DNA of 63,527 bases, filler included, from Choristocarpus tenellus KU-1152 (lineage: Eukaryota; Protista; Phaeophyceae), in the NCBI GenBank assembly GCA_964200185.2. It is 10 parts of 10 records of this genome, joined end to end, with 100 filler letters (N's around TTAATTAATTAA, not from the genome) between each part and the next. Parts side by side here need not be neighbours in the genome. Positions count along the whole stretch, not along the records: positions 22,857 to 41,135 come from CAXNAD020000569.1; positions 41,236 to 46,230 come from CAXNAD020012241.1; positions 46,331 to 49,318 come from CAXNAD020023117.1; positions 49,419 to 55,013 come from CAXNAD020010301.1; 6 more parts are not named here. The stretch is one strand, 5' to 3'. The notes beneath the pieces are model-generated. The model searched no databases and had not been told where the DNA came from. It was given only the letters and a program-made list of their open reading frames with translations. Made by a program: the position numbers and the translations under genes. Below are positions 39,742-52,919 of the stretch, piece after piece. Each line of letters starts with the position of its first letter. Positions within the stretch are counted from its first letter, which is position 1.

Positions 39742-41235
39742 GTAATATAGCAGTGACCAGTTGGAATGTTCAATTTCATGCTCTGGTCCAACAACCAAGT
39801 AGCTGGCCTCGATCTGCCCGCACTTTAGGCATAGTATTTTCCACCTTGCTGACATCTGTTTTGAAACTGAAGCCTATAGTCTGCAACCAGTGATTTACTT
39901 CACCTTAACACCATGGTGAATACTTCTCACCAGATACGTTTCGAGTCACAGCATAATTTGACGTTGAAGTACATGACTTTCAAGGTTCTATATATATATT
40001 GTGTGTGTGTAAGAAGCATACTCCTGTGTATGGTTTGTGTTTGATGCTACTATAGCAAAGACAAGGGGAAAAAATACCCTGACCTCTTCTCCCTATGATA
40101 ATCTTAACTTGAAGTTGATGCGCTTGTCTGCTTTTCAGAGGTTTGAGACACTCCTTTATGGCCATCTGTCTGATACTAGTAAGGAAGATGAAAATGACAT
40201 CCTGACTTTCTCTCCCTACGATATTATCAACTTTCAGTTGATGCATTAACCTAATCTGCAGAGGTTGTATAAGCTCCCTTGTGGCAGTTTCAGTTACATG
40301 TTGGACAAGTTTTTGTTTTGGCAGAGCGAGATAGCTCTTCAAAGAGAGCTGTCTCACCTTGGCTTGACCACAGATAAACACGAGGCGATATGATCAGCTC
40401 CAGAGCTCCTGAGATCATGGAAAACATGGAGTGAGGAGTGCATAAAACCAGGAGCAAGTCTTTTTTGTGTATGATATGGGGAAGTGTAGGGATTTTTACT
40501 GATGGCTGTTGCCTCTTTGTTGCAAAAAGTACCTACAAAGTCCTTGCCCAGGGATGTTCCATGCGATTAACAATTGGAAATTAATTTTATGTATGTGCTT
40601 TGTGCCTTGTGAGGTGAAAATTCTTCGTCCCCCCCTGCCCCCCACCCGGGGTAGAGTCAACCTCTCACTTCCCTCTTCTTTTTTTTCATCATGGTGTGAA
40701 GTTTTACTTAAGTATTTGGTCAACATTTGGTTAATATACAATAGATCCAACCCCAGCATGATGCGGATAACTTCCACGTCACTGTTTTATAGTGTTGCAA
40801 GGAACAACTGCAACCTCTTACGTTAGGAGGTGGCCACTCCCCTGTTCTTCCTACTCCTTACAATAGGAATGATTATATCAACAGCGAGCAGCAGCCGCAT
40901 GATCAACAGCGATAATAGTAATTGTTGAATTAGACGGTGGTCTCCCTGCAAGGCTGCTGCGTTTGCTTTGCTCTTTTTGCTACATTTATATAGTGATCTG
41001 CGCAAGAGATTTTAGCAATCTCCTGTTCACGCCCTTCACCCTCGCCCAGTTGCGGTTGGGTGTACAGCGTGTCTTGTGCTCTCTATTCTTCTGTGGCCAA
41101 GACCGTTTGGTAATGTCCTGTTCATCACTCCCCCCNNNNNNNNNNNNNNNNNNNNNNNNNNNNNNNNNNNNNNNNNNNNTTAATTAATTAANNNNNNNNN
41201 NNNNNNNNNNNNNNNNNNNNNNNNNNNNNNNNNNN

Positions 41236-41413
41236 GGGGGGGGGGGGGGGGGGGGGGGGGGGTGGCGACTGTCCATTTGGGGTAAACGTTTTCATGTTGC
41301 GATTTGTTGGTGATTCGATTCCATACGTGGGATGGATAATGTAAATGCACTTTTCCTGATTTTGGTCAAATGGACACCCTGGTGTAGACCCCCCCCCCCA
41401 GATACTTTGGGTC
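41236..41413 (-). mobile_element. MITE family A (inverted, cut at poly-G by contig edge)
   Basis: Reverse complement of 52726-52906; ends CCAGATACTTTGGGTC. Confidence 0.8.
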
Positions 41414-42928
41414 GTTTGTAGATGAAGTAGGGAAAGAGAAAGGAGGAGCGAGCTTTCAATCCCTAATCACAGACTACTTGCTAAGATGTTTCCTATTCAT
41501 GAACGTCTCCATATTCAAGTTCATTAATACAAACATGGTCTCTTCCATCCTTAGCTTGTTTCTTACAAAATCTGCTTTCACAAATGAACAAAATACATGT
41601 TCTTGACTGCACCTCAAGCCACAAACCGTGGAGTAGTTTTCACTATATCTAACCTACCCCCTTTTCTTAGATACCTCAGTTAAAGGGACAGGCATGGACA
41701 CGAACATCGTCTCCTTGCAACTACTTCTGCTGTAGCCCAAACCTATTACTATTAACCAATCACCTCCACTTGGATCCTCTGCTTCTGGCTCCATTTCGTA
41801 TGGCAACCACTAGTTACTGCATCTGATATTTATCCCATTTAATATTTTTTGTTAGTCAATTTATAATTTCATCATGCGATGAGTCGTAGGTGCTCGATAT
41901 GATCGGGATAGGAGTGGGAATGGAGTACATTATTAGTATTATCCGATTTTTATGAAGAGATGGAACTCCCCCCGGAGACATTCATGGCTAGACCTAATGT
42001 CAAACAATGTTCTGGAGGCTCAGATTGGTCAACTCGTCTAGCCTCTATAAGAGGATGTTATTTGCGTTATAATTCAAATGCAGATACTAAGAAACTTAGT
42101 CTTTTTTTTTTGAAGCGGAAAATCTAAAACGAGAATAGAGGAGGTAAGACAAGAGACAGGAGTGCACTCTGGGGAGGTGACCTAATGTAATAACTGTGGG
42201 GATGAAGGAATGTATCAAGGTGAACAAAATAGGGGATGTTGCAGGGGACAGCACAATCTATTCGGCGATTACACGTAGTATTGGTGCAAGCATTGCTTTT
42301 CTTATGATAATATGGCCCCTTATTTGTGCTCGGCAACACATCCCCCTCCCTCCCATGTAGAATACTAGCTTAGAATCAATTATGGGACGTATTATCCACA
42401 TTATTAAAACTATCACATTCTCTCTCATAATCTTCTGATACTGAATCTTGAATCGATCTATCTACCCCCTCTCCATTTATACACAATACTACTCCAGGAA
42501 GAAATGATGACCAAGATGATACTACCCCTAAAGTCAAAGGATCAGTGCAATAATAGGAAAACACCTCACAAAGGTGAGTCAAAAGGGGGCACAGAGGGAT
42601 TCTGAAGGGAAAGGTATAAGCGGAAGATACAACTAACGGGTGCACTTAAGAAGTCAAAACAATGAATACAAACAATACTCAAGAGCATGTGCACACATAC
42701 AGTGCACAAAAGACCAATACCCCGGTCAAGCTAGCTCCCTGAAATCTGTTGTGAATCATACTTTCATTGCTGACCTGACCTGACCTGGATCATAGAAGCA
42801 AATATGTGAGGACCCTGTGTGACCTTGGTGATAGTAGGCATACAAGGAATTAGAGATAACTGGCTGAGTACGACTATTGGAATATACATCAGCAAACCAG
42901 CCTATTATTTTCATTTTGAACGCCCCAC

Positions 42929-44252
42929 CTTCTTAAGATACTCCACCATTGACGATGGATGATGGAATTGATTTGTCACCCTTTTCAACATGTGCTCGGA
43001 ATCTATATGCTGGCACATTTTCATTCTTAAGTGAGAAAAATACCTGTACACAAGGGATGTAGGAAGGGTTAAGGGTTGAGAGTACTGTATGACAGCGAAA
43101 GAGCATCTCTGGAGAGGGTCGATGTGGTGCAAGTTACCAGACCAATGATGCGTCAACATTTCTCAGTCCCAGTCACGGTTGAAAATCGTACTGGAGTGGA
43201 CACACAAAATGATATGATGGACTTGACTTACACCATCGAGGCATAGAGGAGAGAGGACGAGGTTGCACATATTTCATAATGAGGACTATTTCAACTATGG
43301 GAAATTTTTTCCCCAAAAGGGTCACTGATACCCATGATTGTAGCCTATTTTTACAGTGAATGTGAGTGCTCTGCAAATTGAAAAATGTGCAAATGAAATT
43401 TGTACTTCCGAATATTTCAATAGTTTATACAGATACACAACCCAGAAATAAGACATGAAGAAGGCGAAGGGGGAACACATCCTCACCCAAACAGCAGAAA
43501 CAGGGGCCATAGTTAGTTTAAGAGTTTCTAACTAGCTGTATACTCAAGTACAATTCTCTATAAGAAGACGAGGTGACTCAATCACATGGGAGTAACACAA
43601 AGTTGATGGGAAAAAAAGGAAGTGGCAGCCTATCAACAACACCGTGTGGCCAATTTCAACATCCCCCTCACCCCCTGGCCCTTGATATTGATGTGGTAGA
43701 ATCCAGAGCACATGTACTGTACAGCACGGATATTTGATCGGTCTCCTCAACTCTGCTAAATGCTCAAGTGCATAGAAGGAGATGGCCACAACGGCTATTT
43801 TCAGACAAGTCAACCAAAGGAGAAGCACCACCCAAATTAATTGCAGACAACATTCTCATATACTCAAGGAAGCGTTGACCAAGAATTAAGTTTTGTGTGA
43901 GTTGTGCCAGTCTTTGTGCCTCATTTCTATTTTCTATGCGTAGGTTCACCTACCTCTCTACTGGATCCCTCAAAACCACTATCATCTTCGCCAGGGGCAT
44001 GACCATTTTCAAACGGTATGGTGCCACTGGGTGGAACAAATAACGAGGGCTTGATTCCACCATCACACCATTTTGCTGTGAGAGGGCCTCTCCAACCATC
44101 CTCGAATCAGCCTGACAGAATTCACAGGTCGCTAAGGTTATTGTGGGTACGTGGTCAGAAACAGATCGATGTGACAGCTTCCCACTCTTACAGTCCATTC
44201 AAATTCATGAGCGGGGCGAAGGTCCTTCTTCACCCGCCCTTGCTCCTTACTC
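42929..44252 (-). CDS. PAPS-dependent sulfotransferase (HS3ST/NDST-like sulfotransferase domain), internal exons
   Basis: Exons 43954-44111 (..MVESSPRYLFHPVAPYRLKMVMPLAKMIVVLRDPVE) and 42929-43043 (R-YFSHLRM..) join in phase 2 to give the 3'-phosphate-binding motif IVVLRDPVERxxSH, preceded by the E.SP.Y motif. Possible upstream exon 44192-44252. Confidence 0.8.
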
Positions 44253-45338
44253 CTGGATGGTGGTAACATTTCAGGATCATTAGTCATGCTTGGACCACAC
44301 GTAGGTTCTCAATGCACATAGTTAGAGGGGTGTTTCCATCAACAAAGATTGAGGAGAAATAATCATTTTGGCCAGCGTACAATCACCATGGCCAAGTCTC
44401 TACCCCTAGTATACACTGTCCCAAGTGTCCTGAAGGCAAGAAAATACAAGAACTTTGCTCTGCACAGAACGCATTTTCTTGGGGAGGGAGAGCCGTATAT
44501 GACGGGACCTTACTTAAAGTTCCTATGTGAATCCATACAAGCACCCACAAAATAAACCCGTGCTTCTTACACACTTGAAAAATATATTATCATCTAGTCT
44601 GAGGAAAGCCAGAACCCGAGACAAAAGTGAACGAGAATGGAAGCAAGCATCAATAACAACCAAAGAGGAGGAGGGGTAACCCCTAAATTATGTGGACTAT
44701 ATGTTGAAAACGTTGCTTGCACTTTCATGGAACGATATTTTCGAAACTACGACTGCACGCTGTTTAGAGGTGACGACAACTGTGTTTTTTTTATGCCTCC
44801 CCCAAAATGTCTACAATGTGGTTTGAAGTGTGTCATGCGCACATATTACCCCATGTTGCAGAGAATTTGCCAAGGCAAGGAAGCTACATGGAAGGTTGGA
44901 CTACGACTAACAACCCATCTCACATGTTTAGCAATGGCAAGACCATACTGGTAAAGAACTTCCGCCACAGCCGCAGGCAACAAGGGAACCTCCTTGTAGT
45001 CTCCATACCAATTACCGGAATTTGGATATCTGACAACTCAGAAAAGTGCAGGGGGCGCCATCACTGTTGAAGATCAAACAAACTATTGAAGTCTAGAGTT
45101 CTAAAACATTATGAAGGCGTCACAATCCATCGCATCCTCTCAACACAAATCTACTTTGCGTATATGCTATGTGGATCATCCAAGAAATGTAGAGGCCTCT
45201 TGGAATATTGTAGAAGTTTGCTTCATGTTATGTTGCCACCATTAAAAAACAATTTGGATAGTGACTAATGAAAGGGATTGGTTAGGGACATTGCAGCGCA
45301 AAATACGTCCAACTGATCGATTGGTTAGTATATATTGT

Positions 45339-45578
45339 GACCGAAAGCATTCAAAAGAGTAAGAGTTTACCCTATTTGTCCCTTAAGGGCTTGACTTCTC
45401 ACAGATATTTGTGACAATTATTTTGGAGTAGGTAAGGTGTATAGGACTATGAAAGGTGTGAATGGAACAAGGATATTGACCATTCCTGGCAAATACGATA
45501 GCCAAAGTTACCTCAAAATGCCAATATTGGAGTTTGGACCAAACGGACAAAGCCGTACCCTCTAAGACGCTTTGACAC
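45339..45578 (+). mobile_element. MITE family B, diverged copy
   Basis: Interior (ggagtaggtaa, tggaacaaggatattgac, acgatagccaa) and right end TACCCTCTAAGACGCTTTGAC match 3921-4169. Confidence 0.7.
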
Positions 45579-48500
45579 TATCATAAAAGTCAATCTTTTA
45601 GTGCAAACATGACGTTTTGAACCGTATCTCTTATCTGTCAAGCTAATTGTCATCACTTCGTGTATGTCTCTTGTTTTCCATATTCACATTACTTAGATTA
45701 CACACATTCACATCGTGAATAGTAATACATGAATGATGTACACACCTTGTCCTGCTACACGCCGCAAACTTCCCGTATCTTGTATCACATGTCAGAAACC
45801 AAATTCCTTCAAAATCTAGTTCTTGATTGACTACAGCTCGTGCTCTACTCCTACTTTGGTGGATATCTATATATGAGTTATTATCACCATCACCACACAA
45901 AACACAGTCTTTTGCCATATTGATTTTGACTTGATTTGTGGGAGATGAGGAAGACAGGGACTCTACAGAGTGGTTCAATCTGACAAGAATATCGACAACT
46001 AGGCCACAGTGTATCCCAGAAAGTTGTATCAGTATGCAGGGTACTAGTATCAGAGCAATATTGAACAAAGAGCTAGGCTTAGGAGTAATCGTAGTGAACC
46101 AATGTTTATGTTCAACTGTAACGTGCCAGTCATGCCAGTAATAACATGTGCAATTAGGAGTGTTAAAGAAACCGGTGTTCCCAAGACTTGTGTGTGTAAA
46201 TAACTCGATTATTTCCTCATTATGTAGAACNNNNNNNNNNNNNNNNNNNNNNNNNNNNNNNNNNNNNNNNNNNNTTAATTAATTAANNNNNNNNNNNNNN
46301 NNNNNNNNNNNNNNNNNNNNNNNNNNNNNNCCACAGTACAAGTTAAATAGAGTACACGGAATGTGTCATATCTGTTGCACCCATAGGAGATATCGCAGCA
46401 ACATCATGCAGTACTGTAATAGGGTGCTCCATCTCTGGTAGGGTGGAGATGGGGAAGCGCACCTCGCCTCCATATAAGCGCACCAAGGCTGCAACAGACC
46501 CTAGTGAATTATAGGGAACAAGTGCACGCTCTTCTGCTATCCCTTGATCTTTGAGGCAGTCCTCTTTCATCACCCCTGCCCCAGATGGCGATGGATGGAT
46601 CGATCCCAGGTCCTGACAGGGAGGGAGGGGTTGTACCGGGATAAATCAGGCAGTGGTAACAAGGTGTCAACAGTGCTATAATGTGAGAGTTTGTGTGCCC
46701 TTTTGCATACAACAGAAATGTATGAGCGCTGTGAGGGAGCAAGCAAGCAAGGTCTAAGGATATAAAGGCTTTGTAAAGACATCCATTATGGGGGAGGTGC
46801 GATTATCTCTCACTTCTTCCTTCTCAAATCCGAGAGATACAAGATAGTAAGAGGGTGGTGTAATTGGACTCTTGAACAACTCCTGTCTTGTTATGGTACA
46901 ATCTTTTTTCTTAGCACTACTGTGGAGGGCACTTTCTGCTAACATTGGTTTCACAGGCAATCTTCTCTAATACAGCAACACCCTCATACAGGGGGTCAAC
47001 TACTCTTGAGGAATGGATTTGGTTACAAGGTTAAAAAAGTCCTATTAAAAAAAAAAAGTCAAAATCGCAAAATGAACCCTCCTCTTACATGGATTTACTC
47101 ATTCTGCACCAACTCTATATTGTACCACTATATAATTGGCATTAATAATTGGAAGCATTGATAAATCACAATCAATTTCAGGGCTCTACACAGTTACACT
47201 TTCGCTGTAAGTCAGTTTCGAGTCTTTCTGATTTGTCCAACCATGTATCTAATGGCACACATGTAACCATGAGATATTTTGACACGCTCCCATCAATTAT
47301 CATTGTCTTCGTCTAAAGTAAGAAGGGAAAGTTCTCAGTATAGACATACCATTGACATTTATTCCCAACAGTAACAGCAACTGCGATACTACCACAGTTT
47401 TTACCAAGGTTGTAACAACTGTGTAGATCCCTGGATTGTTTCAACATATACATATATTTACTACAAAAAAAATGCTCTTGCTGTGCCTCTAGCACTCAGT
47501 AAGAGTATGTATTCTTGAGGGAGCAAAGCCGGATCTGACTGGCAGACATAATGCCAAAATGGAGTATTCAACAAGGACAACAACTGTTATCTTCCTTGAT
47601 GAAGATCAGTGCATGCGATAGAGAATCCTAAACGGGGCTTCTTTTTGTTGGAAGAGCATGAACTCCTCAGCCTCGCATCCTCACAGTACTCTAGACTCTG
47701 AACCACAGAAAACCTAAAGACTGTCGATTAAGCTACTGCCGGGACCCTGTAAAATACTACTAGGGGTCAATATAATTTCCAGACCTAGGAATACGCCCTC
47801 TACCTCACTCAGCACACTACTTTTAAAACATTGCAAGCATCATTGTTGGATCTTACTACCATTGAAGCCATTCCTACAAATTCAATTTTCTCCTCCCAAG
47901 TACATCAAGTACACAGTGGTGGGTGGTTGACTTCCTCCACCCCTACACCACAAGTCTCACCTGGTACCTGTCTACATACACTAGGCACAGTCGCTTATTA
48001 CAGAAGATACGATAGGGTGTGTCCAGTGACAAAAGGTCCAGATCATTTGGGACTCTCCCCATGGCAGATGACCCCTGCCATGATTGTTGGTTTGGTGGGG
48101 TGCCTTCCCCTGTCTCCAAATGATTGGATGGGACAATTATTCGGGACATAACCTGGACACAAATGAGGACACAGGTGAGCAGTGGGAGACCAGTGGGCAA
48201 GTGATACACAAAATATTCCACCGAGCAATGATTATGTTGTCACAACCAGGACAAAACCAAGTACTGTTGCAAACCAGAACGTACAACAAAAACCATGGGG
48301 AAGAACATATGAGTGCCTTTGTATTGGGGTGGGAGCCTATAGTATCCTAGTGGGGGGATCAGGTGTCCATTTTGGGTCCTTTGCGACTCTGTAGTGATTT
48401 TGATGTCATTGGAGCGAATGTGTCAGATGTAAGAACAACTTCCTTCAACTGGATGGGCCTTCCTCTTTTCCACCCCCCTGCCTGGATCAGATCCAAAGAA

Positions 48501-49210
48501 AAATCAGCCAGAAAGTGGGCATCGAACTGGGGTGATTCACAATACCTCACCAAGCCCCGGATGGACGACCTAGGCTAACCCCCCACCCTATAGGATACTA
48601 TAGGTCGGGGGGGAACAACTACTTCTTTTCATGGTATAGTATGTGTTTACTGTAATGTGTTTCCAACTACTCAACACTATTTTGCTTAATTGACAGCTCA
48701 TCTTCACTCTACACAAAACTACCACTTAACCCATACAAAGAAGCATAATACACCCTGACACTTTCACACATCATCTTTCATCACACACACAACCCCTCAT
48801 TAATCAATATCTGCTTTGTCAAAAATATCTTCAAGTGCCTTCCCCACCCCCTCAAAATGGTCAAGTCACCTGCTGAAGCTTGTATGCATCTGTTGGGTTT
48901 GTGTAATGATCCCCATACTCATCCATCACACCTGACATGTGCTCTCGAAGAGCAGGGGACATCTGGCGTAACTGATAAATTGTCAGGGGGAGAGGGGTTT
49001 CGGTTTTGAACATGGAGTACAGGGAATGAGGTGATATTGCCTGAAAAAGGGTAACATCCTTGTGAGGCCAACCAAAATCAGGAGGAAAATCAAGCATGTT
49101 GCTTCTTCCAGTCTGACCCAAAGGGTCTACTCTTTCACAAACTCCTAAGTCCTCAAGTCTCTAGACTATCCTGTCAGCACCTCAGTTGCAACAGGGGGAA
49201 GGTCAATAAG

Positions 49211-49245
<35 letters not shown>

Positions 49246-49491
49246 CCACCAGCCACCGAGCCAGAAATACAAAACAAACAGACAGTGCGTGCTTTCTGTT
49301 TAGATGGTAGTAGGGTGGNNNNNNNNNNNNNNNNNNNNNNNNNNNNNNNNNNNNNNNNNNNNTTAATTAATTAANNNNNNNNNNNNNNNNNNNNNNNNNN
49401 NNNNNNNNNNNNNNNNNNCCCCTGGTCTATCTCCAATCTCAAGCTTTGAGAATGCCCCCCCCCCCCTTCCCCTTAGATACATATGCCTCAC

Positions 49492-50238
49492 CTGCATGTA
49501 TCCATACACCAGCAAAAACGCAAACACGCCACTGGCACAAACCAGAAACTGATGCGACTCTGACATGTGGCCAATCTCAACGCTCAATACCTTGAAGCTC
49601 TTGCCATCCTCGTCTTCCCACTTTCGACAGGAATCTTTACTCCTCTCCAACCCCCTCCTCGGCGTGGTCTCGGACCAGGGGGGGGTCTTACTTTGAATCA
49701 AATCATTCTTCAAAACCGATTTGGACTTCTCACCCAAAAGACTCAACAAGCCTCCTGTGGATGCAGAATGCAAAAGAGTTCCCCCATTCCCAGCGCCATT
49801 TCCAGCTTTGCCAGTATTGCCAATATCAGCAGCATACAAACCATGTTGTTCCCCTCCCCCCCCACTCTCTTCATCACAACACCCGTTCTCAACATCAGAC
49901 CCATGCCCCATTCCTCTCCATGAAAGCTCTTCCATTGACAATGTTCCCGACATGTCCTGACCAAGAGATGTGCTGTGGTACCCAAATCCACTCCCAACCT
50001 TTGATGTTGACCGCGTTGGTTTCAGCTGTTGCTTGGTCAGCCCGCGGACCAAGATGTTCCCCATCATTGATGCATTGCTGATGAACGCTTGAACACGAAC
50101 TTGTGCTGTCTTGAGCAACTGCAAACCTCCCCGGTGCTTTTTCTCAGATAGATAGTCATCCTGCTCCCTTCCCCCTCCTCCCACCAGTAGCAAAGGTGCT
50201 ACATCAAGGTCCTGCTTGTCGTTTAAGGATAGGACCAC
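49492..50238 (-). CDS. Large exon of a PAPS transporter 2 (SLC35B3-like) nucleotide-sugar transporter family gene
   Basis: Open frame of about 249 codons ending KVLSVEIGHMSESHQFLVCASGVFAFLLVYGYMQ|GTGAGG, matching the SLC35B3 first TM helix pattern QF..C..GVF.F.L.YGY.QE. The 5' boundary is uncertain. Confidence 0.75.
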
Positions 50239-51199
50239 AACAAATACTGTGTATCATTAGTTATCATTTCACCTTTTGCCCATTTTGTGCTTGGTGCTAT
50301 AGTGTGCGGTTAAACCCTGAAGCACACCCCCATGATGGCAGTCCTAAGGGTTCCCAAACAGTTGGCTCTCTACTAATGTGCAATACCTTCACATCTATGT
50401 GCACCAAGAGTCATGTATTATTCCAAAAATCTGGGTTCACATGGGGAAAGATATTGGTAATGGTAGAGGATGGCTACTACCTCTCACGGGGAAACAACAC
50501 TGGGTATAGACATCAGGTGCACAGTCTGTTGAATGAGAAAATCTTCCCTCCAAAGAACACAGTGATCTAGGTGCGGTGGTCTGGAAAAATAAACGCGTAT
50601 CTGTGTAGATATTTGTCATGAACAAACGAGACTGCTTGACACCTTCTACCACAACAGAAGAGGAGGTAGAAAGGCAAGGCAACAGTAACAACTGCTAACA
50701 GTAACGACTGCTAACAGTAACAAGACAAACTTTTCATCTGCACACAGTGAACTCCCAGGGGATGATACGAACACTACAAGTCCTATGGTGGCTTGGCATG
50801 CCAGCAATAAAGTTTAGATACCCCTTCAGCTGCAGCAGAGAAACAGATGGGGGTCATAATCAGTACTCTTCGTTGTCCAACCATCTTTAGGAACGCTAAG
50901 CACATTACCCTTGCGCAATAATTTCGCATTCACAAAGACACGCCTACACAATCATGTAAGGACCTCCTGTTACACTGTCCTACTAGACCACACTGCCATC
51001 AAGGGGAAGGGGGGAAGGAGGGGGAAAAGGGGGGTTAAAGAGGGAAAATTGCATCCAAAGGCCAATATCTCGCATTCAGAACCTTATACTTTAGATCGTC
51101 AACTTAATACGAAAGCAACCTCTTCCCAGCATAATTACAGGTTTAGACCTGAACCCATTTGTTCCCTGTAGTCATGCCCCACCTTCAGAGCATCTTCTT

Positions 51200-51950
51200 C
51201 CTTGTCGTAGTCCATTGTCGTTGATGGCCCTGGAACAGATACGAGTCCATCGTGCTCAGTCACATTAGTACTCCGATCCTGCTTTGAAGCTTTTGTTCCA
51301 AAAAAAGGTCGGGATTTGAGATATCAGTGTTGGGGAAGTGTTTGGTGGATGGCGAAGGGACCAACATGTAACTGGCATGTTCACCGTCCACATATTGAGC
51401 CTTGGCATATTGACCACGGGAAAATTTTTGCGCAACCAAAAGGCACCATTGAACCAGATAATAAATACAACACGACCTGCACGGGAAGGCCTTAGTTTAA
51501 TTTGACCATATAATATCAGTGGGGTTAGACTTACACCATAAATGTGTTCTAACCCATTCCATTTGGCAGCCTTTGAAGGAAAAACTGAAAACATGGGCTT
51601 TGGAACCTTTCCTTTAGGGGAACAAGGTATAAGTTCAGAGAAGGGGCAACCTTTGCAACCTGAAGGTCCACAAAACTTACCATACCGACCCGACCCGCTG
51701 GACATTGTTCGCCGATGGATTAGTGTGTCGTTCAGATGGTGAGCAAAGTTTGTCATTTGAGGGTTTACCTCTCCAGAGGTTCAAGAATCAGATACCCACA
51801 CACCATGGGCGTAGGTTTCCAAGTCCAGAGGACTCTTGACAAAATCCCAAGGTCCCAGGCTTGGAACCAAGTCTCCTTTTCTGTGTAAGTCAAGACCCCC
51901 ACCCCAAATCGACAAGACGCTAAGGAAGGTCGACACGCTTAGATAGGAAC
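51200..51950 (-). mobile_element. Possible decayed C-terminal (post-integrase) part of a Ty3/gypsy pol
   Basis: Frame-shifted peptides DLETYAHGV, THLWCKSNPTDIIW and TCWSLRH resemble, from memory, the C-terminal region of brown-algal gypsy pol. Same strand as, and downstream of, the protease relic. Confidence 0.3.
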
Positions 51951-52725
51951 TAGAGGCACACAGGAAATACCAAGGTGGAGTAAAACCTCAAACGATATGG
52001 TGAGATCACGTCCCACCTTCACGCCCAACGTTGGAATTTGGAATTTGGAATTTGGGATAGTGTGTGTGAGTCCACCTCAAAATTGTGGAATCGGTTTGGA
52101 GTTTAGTTCTAAGTCCCTTCATAGTTTCAGATCAAAATATTTTATTTTTTCAGCTACGTTCTCCCACTCTCGAAAAATCTGTGAACATAGTTTCTTTCCC
52201 TAGATTGATTCTATTTACAAGTACTTATTTTTTTATTTGTAACATTTTGTGGATTGAGACGAAAGAAGCGATTCTATTTTATGATATCAATATTATGTAT
52301 ATCAAAAACGTCAATAGTATCAAGAAATGCAAACACACATCGTACTACCTACTTACTGAAATTATATACCTCTCCAAATAAGTCGTCACTTTATGCCGAT
52401 CCAAATAAAGTGACTCAGTAGTCAGTTAAGAGAGGAATAAAATATGAAATAATATTTAAGACTTGGAATATAGTTTTGGTATTGCATTTTTCCCTAGAAC
52501 ATCTGATAAAAAATGGTAAAATAGATCTCACTCACACTACAATATTTCTTCTCCATTGTAATTAATGAACTACGTCAACCAGAAAAATAGCTCCAAGATT
52601 CCTCGCAAAAAAAAAAGCTTCCTCCACTCCGCCTACATCTTCTCCTACCTTGTTGCACATCACTTTCAATAATAGTCTTGGTGAACGAGTTTGATGTGTA
52701 GTTTCGACCTACATCAAAGAGCAGA

Positions 52726-52906
52726 GACCCAAAGTATCTGGCGGGGAGGGGAGCGGTCTACACGAGGGTGCCATTTGCACCAAAATCGGGAAAAGTGCAT
52801 TTGCATTATCCATCCGACGTATGGCAACCAAATCACCCAACAATTGCGATATGAAAAAGTTGACCCCAAATAGACAGCTGCCACCCCCTCCCAGACACTT
52901 TGAGCC
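52726..52906 (+). mobile_element. MITE family A, full length (181 bp)
   Basis: TIRs GACCCAAAGTATCTGGCGGGG / CCCCCTCCCAGACACTTTGAGCC, flanked by AGA/AGA; six copies or fragments in the window. Confidence 0.85.
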
Positions 52907-52919
52907 AGAACATACCACA

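Noticed and set aside
46343-49121. ORFs 46343-46573, 47831-48578 and 48861-49121 as genes or retroelement parts
   Set aside because: No convincing motifs or phase-consistent exon chain.
9899-50238. Apparent deacetylase + sulfotransferase + PAPS-transporter cluster (heparan-like pathway)
   Set aside because: The three genes lie on different contigs separated by artificial spacers, so linkage is unsupported. Worth revisiting only if long reads join 41236-46230 with 49419-55013.
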